Positions 28,650 through 36,185 are shown, counted from the first letter of the stretch. The stretch is 38,688 nucleotides of DNA from Methylococcales bacterium (GCA_023134955.1 JAGLUC010000345.1:1-38688), one strand, 5' to 3'. The notes: generated by a model from the sequence alone, not told the origin. Numbers and translations are program-made.

Positions 28650-30803
28650 ATGAGTAATGTTTTTTCCAAAATTATGGATGAAAATCGTAATGAATATAGG
28701 GTTCCTGTTGAACCAGGAACTACGGTTATTATTCATAGTGGTGACAGGGAAATTGTCGGGACAATTGAGGATAAGTCCGAGGGTGGACTAGGTTTAAGAA
28801 TACCAGAAGCTTTTAAGCAGTATATAGATCAAAATACTGTTGTGACCATGACTTACAGTATGCCTTATGGACTAGTCAGCCATCAAGCGCAGGTCTGTTG
28901 GAGTAACTCAGATAAAGCAGGTGAATTAACGATAGGAACAAGGTTTCTTGAGGCTGAGCCTGGCTTTCAAACAGACTATCAAAAATTATGGAAAGACTTT
29001 ATTGATGCGGAGAAGCTGGAAGATGTGGCTCGTTTTTGGTTGAGTCTTCAATCGGCAATGATTAGTGGGGTTACCCGTGCGGTTGTGGTGTTAGGTGAGC
29101 CAGGGGGTGAAGTATTTTCTCCAGTTGCATTTTGGCCGGAAGCACAAACCGGAGTAATTGGGCTAACCGAAGTTGCAGAACTGGCTTTACAAGAAAAACG
29201 TGGGGTGTTGAGAGATGAGGGACAATACAACAAAGACCTGAATATTCGAGTTTGTTATATTGGTTTCCCACTAATGCTGGATGAGAAACTGTGTGGTGTG
29301 GTGGCTATAGAAATAGTTGTTCGTCCAGAACCTTTGATGCGTGCAGTTATGCGTCAGCTACAATGGGGGACGGCATGGATAGAGTTAATTATTCGCCGTA
29401 TTGATGGCAAAAAATACACCCCTGAAAATCAGCAATTAGTTACCGTTCTGGAACTGATAGCGACGAGCTTGGAACATGATAGTTTTCAGGCGGCGGCAAC
29501 CAGCGTTGCCACAGAACTAGCAACTATTTTGGAATGTGAGAGAGTAAGCATTGGTTTTTTGGTAGGGAAGTATATGCAAGTTGAAATCTTGTCTCATAGT
29601 ACCGATTTTACGAAAAAATCAAAATTGGTTCAGAGTCTTGGCTTGGCGATGGATGAAGCAATGGATCAACAAACTTCTCTTGTTTTTCCTGCGCGTGAGG
29701 ATGACACGGTAAAAATTCTAAAGTGTCATGAAAAATTATTACAGGAACAAGGTAGTAGTGGTGTTTGTACAATTCCTTTGTGTAATAAAGGCAAGGTATT
29801 TGGTGCTTTAACAATGGAGCGTTCATCGGGCGATTTATTTGCTAAAGATACTGTCGATTTATGTGAAACCATCGCCTCTCTTGTTGGTCCTATTTTAGAG
29901 GCAAAACGAAGGCAAGATTTGTGGTTAGTCATTAAGTTTGGCTTGTCGATAAAAGAATTTATATTTAAGCTCACAGGGCCGGATCATGCAGGGTTTAAAG
30001 TTATAAGTGCAATTTTTGCGGTAGCAATTTTATTTTTTATCTTTGCAACAGGAAGTTTTCGAGTTGCTGCAGATGCCTATCTTGAAGGCTCTATTCAGAG
30101 GGTTATTGTTACACCGTTTAATGGTTATATCAGTGAAGCCTATGTCCGTGCCGGTGATGTGGTAAAAAAAGGCTCACCTTTAGTAAAACTGGATGATAAT
30201 GACTTATTGTTGGAGAGAGCTAAATGGAAAGGGCAGAAAGAACAGTATAGAAAAGAATATCGTGAGGCACTGGGTAAAGCAGAACGCAGTAAAGTCAGTG
30301 TGTTAAAAGCGCGACTTCGGCAAGTGGATGCACAGCTTGCGATGATGGATGCTCAATTATCTCGTATACGGGTTAATGCACCTTTTGATGGCATTATTGT
30401 TTCGGGTGATTTAAGTCAATCTTTGGGTTCCCCTTCTCAGCGAGGGGATGTGTTGTTTGAAATTGCACCATTAGATGCTTATCGAGTGATATTGGAAGTG
30501 GATGAGCGAGATATTTCAACGATTAATGTAGGTCAGTCAGGCGAGTTAGTTTTAACGGGTCATAGTGATAGAGTTATTGCTTTTAAGGTTAAAAGTATTA
30601 CACCTGTTTCTGAGGTTAAAGAAGGACGTAATTATTTTCGAGTAGAAGCAAAATTGAATACTCAAATTGATGATTTACGCCCAGGGATGAAAGGTGTAGG
30701 TAAGATTATAATCGGTAAACGTAATTTAATCTGGATATGGAGCCGACCTCTCCTTGACTGGTTGCGATTGAGTTTGTGGACTTGGTGGCCACAAGGCTTA
30801 TAG
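28650..30803 (+). CDS. PilZ domain + two GAF-like domains + single TM + HlyD-family membrane fusion protein (periplasmic adaptor)
   Basis: The PilZ signature is RNEYR (RxxxR, 28686..28700) plus DKSEGG (DxSxxG, 28770..28787). Residues ~125-420 resemble two GAF-like modules. A hydrophobic helix FKVISAIFAVAILFFIFATGSF covers aa 449-470. The C-terminal ~240 aa have MFP organisation: a lipoyl-like half (VRAGDVVKKGSPLVKLD), a short coiled coil, NAPFDGII, then beta-barrel segments. Confidence 0.85.
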   Translation: MSNVFSKIMDENRNEYRVPVEPGTTVIIHSGDREIVGTIEDKSEGGLGLRIPEAFKQYIDQNTVVTMTYSMPYGLVSHQAQVCWSNSDKAGELTIGTRFLEAEPGFQTDYQKLWKDFIDAEKLEDVARFWLSLQSAMISGVTRAVVVLGEPGGEVFSPVAFWPEAQTGVIGLTEVAELALQEKRGVLRDEGQYNKDLNIRVCYIGFPLMLDEKLCGVVAIEIVVRPEPLMRAVMRQLQWGTAWIELIIRRIDGKKYTPENQQLVTVLELIATSLEHDSFQAAATSVATELATILECERVSIGFLVGKYMQVEILSHSTDFTKKSKLVQSLGLAMDEAMDQQTSLVFPAREDDTVKILKCHEKLLQEQGSSGVCTIPLCNKGKVFGALTMERSSGDLFAKDTVDLCETIASLVGPILEAKRRQDLWLVIKFGLSIKEFIFKLTGPDHAGFKVISAIFAVAILFFIFATGSFRVAADAYLEGSIQRVIVTPFNGYISEAYVRAGDVVKKGSPLVKLDDNDLLLERAKWKGQKEQYRKEYREALGKAERSKVSVLKARLRQVDAQLAMMDAQLSRIRVNAPFDGIIVSGDLSQSLGSPSQRGDVLFEIAPLDAYRVILEVDERDISTINVGQSGELVLTGHSDRVIAFKVKSITPVSEVKEGRNYFRVEAKLNTQIDDLRPGMKGVGKIIIGKRNLIWIWSRPLLDWLRLSLWTWWPQGL

Positions 30804-30818
30804 CCTAGGCAACAAGTT

Positions 30819-32966
30819 ATGGCTGAGTCTATGTTTAGCTCTTCTTGGTATCGTATTGCTGGGTTAAAACCTAGGTTAAGAGCCCATGTGCAGATTTCTA
30901 GGCATCATTATCGTGGTCAGTTGTGGTATGTATTACAGGATAGGGCTAACAGTCAAAACCATCGGTTTTCACCACAGGTATACTATGTTTTATCATTGCT
31001 GGATGGTAAACGAAACTTTCAGACTATCTGGAATCTAGCATTGGAGCAGCTAGGGGATGATGCGCCTAGCCAAGATGAAATGATTAAATTGTTGGGACAA
31101 CTTCATAGCAGTGATTTATTGTTGTGTGATGTCCCTCCCGATACACTGGAACTATTTCATAGGTTTGAAAAAAAACAATGGGGAAAATGGAAGCAAAAGA
31201 TTTTCAGTCCTTTGTCAATCAGACTGCCTTTATGGGATCCAGATGCTTTTCTTGAACGCTGGCTGTTTTTAGTTTTACCTTTTGCAGGTTGGTTAGGTAA
31301 GCTGATATGGGGTGTTGTAATAGGCACAGCTATTGTATTGGTTGCATCCAATTGGGTTGATCTGTCAGAGGGTGTGGCTGATCGTGTTTTAGCTCCCAGC
31401 AACTTGTTGTTACTATTCTTTATTTATCCTGTAGTAAAATTTTTACATGAACTCGGACATGCTTTTTCAACCAAAGTATGGGGCGGAGAAGTGCATGAAA
31501 TGGGGATAATGTTATTAGTATTTATGCCCGTTCCTTATGTAGATGCCTCTAGTGCATGGTCTTTTCGAGATAGAAAAAAAAGAGCTATTGTCGGTGCTGC
31601 GGGTATGGGGGTTGAACTATTTCTAGCCGCTTTAGCTTTGTTTGTCTGGTTAAATGTTGAGCAAGGCATGGTAAGCGCTATAGCTTATAATATTATGCTG
31701 GTTGGAGGTGTCTCCACGTTATTTTTTAATGGCAATCCACTACTACGTTTTGACGGTTATTATATTTTCTCAGATCTAATAGAAATCCCCAATCTCTCAA
31801 GTCGAGCCAACAATTATATTGGCTACTTGTTTCAACGCTATCTTTTCTCTGTACAACAATTAAATTCTCCTGCATCTTGCACTGGAGAGCAAGTGTGGTT
31901 TGTCTGTTACGGTTTGGCATCTTTTGTATATAGGATGCTGATTAGCTTTACGATTATTCTTTTTGTCGCGGGAAAATTCTTTTTTATAGGTATTGTTTTT
32001 GCGCTATGGGCTGTTTTTTCGATGGTTGTGTTACCCTTGTCGAAACAGGTTAAATTTATTTTTACCAGCCCTGTAATACAGCGCCAGCGTTTAAGAGCAA
32101 TTACAGTCAGCTTTAGCCTGTTAGCTGCTTTTTTATGTTTTCTATTTCTATTTCCAGTGTCTTTTAGCAACTATACCGAAGGTGTGGTATGGCTACCAGA
32201 GCAGGCAGAAGTGCGTGCTCAGACAGAGGGCTTTGTAGTAAATATTCATGTTCAAACCTACTCAATGGTCAAGAAAGGAGATGTTTTACTGGATATGGAG
32301 GATCCCTTGCTTAATTCTAGACAGCTTGTTCTACGCTATCGAATTGACGAATTAAAGGCTCAATATAAAGCTGCTTGGGGTAGGGAGCAAGTGCAAGCAC
32401 AAATTCTGAGGGAACAAATTGAGGTGATTAAAGTAGAGTTAGCTCAATTGAATGAACGTATTAATGACTTAACTTTACGAAGTCGGTCTAGTGGTTTATT
32501 TGTTGTTTCCCAAGCAAATGATTTGATAGGAAGCTTTTTAAAAAAGGGCGACTTGGCAGCTTATATTGTCAATTTTCCTGTTACCACTATTCGTGCTGTT
32601 GTGACGCAAGATAATATAGGTTTAGTTAGAGAATTTACAAAAAATGTGGAAGTTCGATTAGTTGATGATATGAAAAATTTATATGTTGCTAAAGTCGTTA
32701 GAGTGGTACCCGCAGCATCAGATAGATTGCCTAGTCCCGCTCTGGGATATAAAGGTGGCGGCTTAATACCAACTGATCCGTCATCTGGAGAAGGTGACAA
32801 AGCTTTTGAACCAGTATTTCATATTGAACTGGAATTTCCTGCTGAGGCTAATGTCAGAAACCTGGGAGGGCGAGCGTATGTGCGTTTTGATTTTGGCACT
32901 GAGCCACTTGCTTGGCAGTGGTATAGATTAGCTAGGCAGCTATTTTTAAGACAATTTAGTGTTTAG
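30819..32966 (+). CDS. Peptidase M50 (site-2 protease family) membrane core with PqqD/RRE-like N-terminal domain and HlyD-like C-terminal domain
   Basis: HELGH is at 31446..31460 inside a hydrophobic segment. The second S2P motif NPLLRFDG (NxxPxxxxDG) is at 31734..31757. Multiple hydrophobic helices cover aa ~150-450. The C-terminal ~250 aa are MFP-like (VKKGDVLLDMEDP, coiled coil LRYRIDELKAQYKAA...QLNERINDL). The start lies 15 bp after the preceding stop. Confidence 0.85.
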   Translation: MAESMFSSSWYRIAGLKPRLRAHVQISRHHYRGQLWYVLQDRANSQNHRFSPQVYYVLSLLDGKRNFQTIWNLALEQLGDDAPSQDEMIKLLGQLHSSDLLLCDVPPDTLELFHRFEKKQWGKWKQKIFSPLSIRLPLWDPDAFLERWLFLVLPFAGWLGKLIWGVVIGTAIVLVASNWVDLSEGVADRVLAPSNLLLLFFIYPVVKFLHELGHAFSTKVWGGEVHEMGIMLLVFMPVPYVDASSAWSFRDRKKRAIVGAAGMGVELFLAALALFVWLNVEQGMVSAIAYNIMLVGGVSTLFFNGNPLLRFDGYYIFSDLIEIPNLSSRANNYIGYLFQRYLFSVQQLNSPASCTGEQVWFVCYGLASFVYRMLISFTIILFVAGKFFFIGIVFALWAVFSMVVLPLSKQVKFIFTSPVIQRQRLRAITVSFSLLAAFLCFLFLFPVSFSNYTEGVVWLPEQAEVRAQTEGFVVNIHVQTYSMVKKGDVLLDMEDPLLNSRQLVLRYRIDELKAQYKAAWGREQVQAQILREQIEVIKVELAQLNERINDLTLRSRSSGLFVVSQANDLIGSFLKKGDLAAYIVNFPVTTIRAVVTQDNIGLVREFTKNVEVRLVDDMKNLYVAKVVRVVPAASDRLPSPALGYKGGGLIPTDPSSGEGDKAFEPVFHIELEFPAEANVRNLGGRAYVRFDFGTEPLAWQWYRLARQLFLRQFSV

Positions 32967-32992
32967 ATTAAAACGATAGTTATGGATTTTTA

Positions 32993-34981
32993 ATGGCAGC
33001 CCATTCAAATTTTAAGCCTGGTATTGTTGAAGGATTATATCCTGAGCGGTCTGTGCTAAAAAAAGCTTATCTTGACCAGAAATTGGCTAAAATAGAGGGT
33101 TTTTTCACTCGCTTATTTAAGTATAACCATCGTTCACTTAGCTTTATAGTCCAGTTAGTGAATCAATATTCTGATGAGCTTGAGTTATTGCAAGATCACG
33201 CATTAGACGAACGAATTGAGCATTTAAAATCGAATTTAATCCTGCATGGGCTAGAGGATTTATTGATTATCGAAGCATTTGCCCTGATTAAAGAGGTGGC
33301 TGGAAGAAAGCTGGGAATGCGGCATTATGATGTGCAGCTTATAGGCGGCTGGATTCTTATTAAAGGAATGATCGCTGAAATGGAGACGGGTGAAGGTAAA
33401 ACATTAGTAGCAACGTTGGCGGCTTGTACTGCAGCAATCTCGGGTATTCCTGTCCATGTCATTACGGTGAATGATTATTTGGTTAAACGTGATGCCACTT
33501 TAATGGAGCCAGTTTATAAGGCTTTTGGCTTGAGTGTTGGAATTATTTCTGAAGATATGGATTTAGCTACTCGTCAAATAGCTTATGCTTGCGATATAAC
33601 TTATTGTAGTAATAAACAAGTTACTTTTGATTACCTTAAAGATAAGTTGGTGTTGGGGAGAAAAGGTAGTAACTTTCATTTACAACTCGAAAAGCTTTAT
33701 GCAAAGAAAGCAGCGAAACAGGCGCAGTTACACTTAAGAGGCTTATGTTTTGCAATTGTGGATGAAGCCGATAGTGTTTTTATAGATGAATCAAGAACAC
33801 CATTGATTCTTTCTCGAGAAACTAATTCTCTTGACGAGTTGTATGTTTATCAGCAGGCACTTGAAATTGCAGGGCAATTGAAAGAAGCAAGTGATTTTAT
33901 AATAGATCAGCGAAATCAACATATACAATTAACAGGATCTGGTATTAATCGCATTAAGCAAATGGTTGAGTCACTATCAGGTATTTGGTCGGCGGAAAGG
34001 CGCAGTCGTGAATTAATTGTTCAAGCATTGTCGGCACTATATTTGTTTTTGAAGGATGTTAATTACCTTGTTAAAGATGGAAAAGTATTAATTATTGATG
34101 AATTTACTGGACGTGTGATGGCTGATCGTTCGTGGGAGCGAGGCTTGCATCAGCTAATAGAAACTAAAGAAGGCTGTGAAATGAGTAGGCAAAAAGAAAC
34201 ACTTTGTCGAATTAGCTATCAATCTTTTTTTCAACGCTATCTACATCTTGCGGGGATGACGGGAACAGGAAAAGAAGTGGCGAGAGAATTATTCTCTGTT
34301 TATCGGCAGCCTGTTATTAAGGTGCCTACCAATAAGCAAGGCAAACGGAAACAATTCTGTGCGCGTTATTTCACGACTGCATCACAAAAATGGACGGCTA
34401 TAGTTGAACGTATTGTAGAAATTCATCAACAAGGGCGACCTATTTTAATAGGTAGCCGTTCGGTTGAAGCATCAGAGCATTTAGGGCAATTGTTGACTAA
34501 GAAAAGATTGCCTCATCAATTATTAAATGCTCGACAGGATGCTGACGAAGCAGAAATCATTAAAATGGCGGGTAGTCTAGGGGCGATTACTGTGGCAACG
34601 AATATGGCAGGAAGAGGGACAGATATTATTTTAGCCCCTAGTGTTAATGAAATTGGCGGCTTGCATGTAATTGTCAGTGAATGTCATGAGTCTAGGCGTA
34701 TAGATAGACAGTTATTTGGTCGATGTGGTCGGCAAGGCAATGAGGGCAGTTATGAAATGTTTTTATCATTTGATGATGAAATAGTAACCAAATATACACC
34801 TCTTATCGCGTATGAATTGGCTAAAAAAATGTGTGGATATGGTTATCAAAAAATAGCCGCAGCAGTTTTTTACTTGGCGCAAACACGGGCAGAAAAATAC
34901 CATGCAGCCATCCGTAGAGATTTGCTAAAAATGGATGAGAACTTACAAAACCTGTTAGCATTTTCTGGAAAACCTGAATAG
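32993..34981 (+). CDS. SecA-like ATPase, motor-only paralog (NBD1-PPXD-NBD2; lacks helical wing, two-helix finger and C-terminal tail)
   Basis: MRHYDVQLIGG...EMETGEGKTLVATL (Walker A, 33389..33403) and VHVITVNDYLVKRDA are near-identical in pattern to E. coli SecA. The DEAD box is at 33761..33772. The PPXD-like segment is LVKDGKVLIIDEFTGRVMADRSWERGLHQLIETKEG, followed by MTGTGKE, TNMAGRGTDI and GRCGRQG. The protein ends at 662 aa, within the stretch that aligns to the first long scaffold helix of SecA (E. coli SecA is 901 aa). Confidence 0.9.
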   Translation: MAAHSNFKPGIVEGLYPERSVLKKAYLDQKLAKIEGFFTRLFKYNHRSLSFIVQLVNQYSDELELLQDHALDERIEHLKSNLILHGLEDLLIIEAFALIKEVAGRKLGMRHYDVQLIGGWILIKGMIAEMETGEGKTLVATLAACTAAISGIPVHVITVNDYLVKRDATLMEPVYKAFGLSVGIISEDMDLATRQIAYACDITYCSNKQVTFDYLKDKLVLGRKGSNFHLQLEKLYAKKAAKQAQLHLRGLCFAIVDEADSVFIDESRTPLILSRETNSLDELYVYQQALEIAGQLKEASDFIIDQRNQHIQLTGSGINRIKQMVESLSGIWSAERRSRELIVQALSALYLFLKDVNYLVKDGKVLIIDEFTGRVMADRSWERGLHQLIETKEGCEMSRQKETLCRISYQSFFQRYLHLAGMTGTGKEVARELFSVYRQPVIKVPTNKQGKRKQFCARYFTTASQKWTAIVERIVEIHQQGRPILIGSRSVEASEHLGQLLTKKRLPHQLLNARQDADEAEIIKMAGSLGAITVATNMAGRGTDIILAPSVNEIGGLHVIVSECHESRRIDRQLFGRCGRQGNEGSYEMFLSFDDEIVTKYTPLIAYELAKKMCGYGYQKIAAAVFYLAQTRAEKYHAAIRRDLLKMDENLQNLLAFSGKPE

Positions 34982-34990
34982 GAAATTAGG

Positions 34991-35845
34991 ATGTGTCGAA
35001 TAATAATAAAAAAATCTGTTATCAGCCTATTGCTGGTGCTTTCTAATACAGTATTTGCTGGCAATGGGAAGGTCTTAGATTGTGTGCTGGAGCCGTCAAT
35101 GGTTGTTGAGCTGAGCAGTCAAGTTCGTGGTGTAATTGAGAATATTTATGTTGAACGTACTGATGTTGTTAAAAATGGGCAGCTAGTTGCTAATTTAATG
35201 TCGGGAGTGGAGAAGGTCAGTGTTCAATTGGCTATGGATAGATCGAAAATGGTTGTAGATATAAAATCTAGAAAAGCTGAACAAAAATTTAGAAAGCATA
35301 CCTTCGAGCAGGTAAAAGAGCTTTACAGGAAAAAGCTTGCCTCACAGCGTGAATATGAAGACGCTAAAACCTCAAGTATTGTTGCAGACATTGAACTGGA
35401 AAAAGCTATAGAACTAAAGTACCTGGCAGGTATGGAGTTGAAACGTACTCAAGAGATACTTAAACTTCGTTCTATGCACAGCATGATTGATGGCGTAGTA
35501 GTAGACGTGATGAAGTCACCAGGTGAATTTGTTGAGGAACAACCAGTCATGAAAATCGCTCAAATTGATCCCCTTTTTGTTGAAGTAATCGTACCTGAAA
35601 CATTAATGGGCAGGGTTAAGGTGGGAAAACAATTAAAGGTTAATATTGAAATACCAATAGCAGCTAGCCATTTGGCAACAGTGAGTGCAGTCGATCAAAT
35701 TATTGATGCTACAAGTGGTACCTTTGGGGTACGGCTGATACTACCTAATCCAGATAATAAAATTCATGCGGGTCAACGTTGCCAAGTTGTTTTGGTTGAT
35801 GAACCCCTGAAACTCAACTTAAATAAATATAAAAATAAAAGGTAA
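34991..35845 (+). CDS. HlyD/RND-type periplasmic adaptor (MFP) with cleavable Sec signal peptide
   Basis: The N-terminus is MCRIIIKKSVISLLLVLSNTVFA|GN, with a positive n-region, a hydrophobic core and an AxA-like site but no lipobox. The rest has lipoyl-like halves (VKNGQLVANL ... SMIDGVVVDV), a coiled-coil hairpin, and a barrel segment PLFVEVIVPE...VKVGKQLKV. The start lies 9 bp after the SecA-like stop, with AGGAAATTAGG just upstream of the ATG. Confidence 0.8.
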   Translation: MCRIIIKKSVISLLLVLSNTVFAGNGKVLDCVLEPSMVVELSSQVRGVIENIYVERTDVVKNGQLVANLMSGVEKVSVQLAMDRSKMVVDIKSRKAEQKFRKHTFEQVKELYRKKLASQREYEDAKTSSIVADIELEKAIELKYLAGMELKRTQEILKLRSMHSMIDGVVVDVMKSPGEFVEEQPVMKIAQIDPLFVEVIVPETLMGRVKVGKQLKVNIEIPIAASHLATVSAVDQIIDATSGTFGVRLILPNPDNKIHAGQRCQVVLVDEPLKLNLNKYKNKR

Positions 35846-36145
35846 CTCGCGGTAAATAATTAACAAAACATCTTGCCTGGGATTTAGTGTGATTTTTATG
35901 ATTTCTGGTAAATTGGGTAATAGTCTTTATCAAGGAGATAAGGGGGATGATTTTTAGGTGGAGTCATGGCTTCGATTATTGAGGCTTATAAAATCATCCC
36001 AGCCCAGCGAGCTATTTTATCTTAATTTTATGGGTAGATGCTTCTGTAAGGTACAATAAAGCTTTATGCAGATTGTTGATTATTTAATTTTTTGGGGGCT
36101 TATTCTCTGTTCTTGAGAACGATTAAATAAACTTGTATAGATGAT

Positions 36146-36185
36146 ACTCTATCCGTTTGTGGCGGAGAGTTTTATTTGTTTTTTT
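36146..36185 (+). terminator. Terminator-like hairpin plus T-rich tract directly upstream of the IMPase-family start codon
   Basis: ACTC(TA)TCCG-TTTGTGG-CGGAGAGT forms an 8 bp stem with a 2 nt bulge, followed by TTTATTTGTTTTTTT. It is weaker than the 36991 element. It could end the upstream operon transcript or a small RNA. Confidence 0.35.

Noticed and set aside
31168-31581. Two A8 homopolymer tracts in the M50-MFP gene (31168..31175 and 31574..31581), plus an A7 tract in the giant ORF (4739..4745), could be slipped-strand phase-variation switches.
   Set aside because: Tracts of 7-8 A are common in AT-rich coding DNA (Lys/Glu-rich segments such as EKKQ and DRKKR). They are below the length usually associated with high-frequency phase variation, and both genes are intact here. 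This is noted only as a possibility.
29048-32800. Antisense ORFs of 61-87 aa lie within the PilZ-MFP and M50-MFP genes (29048..29233, 29071..29271, 29608..29826, 29726..29974, 31157..31402, 31726..31920, 31907..32170, 32561..32800).
   Set aside because: They are embedded opposite well-supported genes, are short, and have no motifs. They are shadow ORFs.
28650-35845. The operon could be called a conventional type I secretion system or an RND/MacAB-type efflux pump.
   Set aside because: No ABC ATPase/permease, RND or MFS pump, or outer-membrane factor ORF exists in the window. The only membrane core is an M50 protease and the only ATPase is SecA-like. Labelling it a T1SS or efflux pump would go beyond what the sequence shows.
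35898-36025. Two 19-codon ORFs in the spacer after the operon could be candidate precursor peptides for the M50/PqqD-like protein.
   Set aside because: They are downstream of and separated from the operon. They have no leader-like or Gly-Gly/Cys-rich core features and weak or mis-spaced ribosome-binding sites. Nothing distinguishes them from random ORFs.
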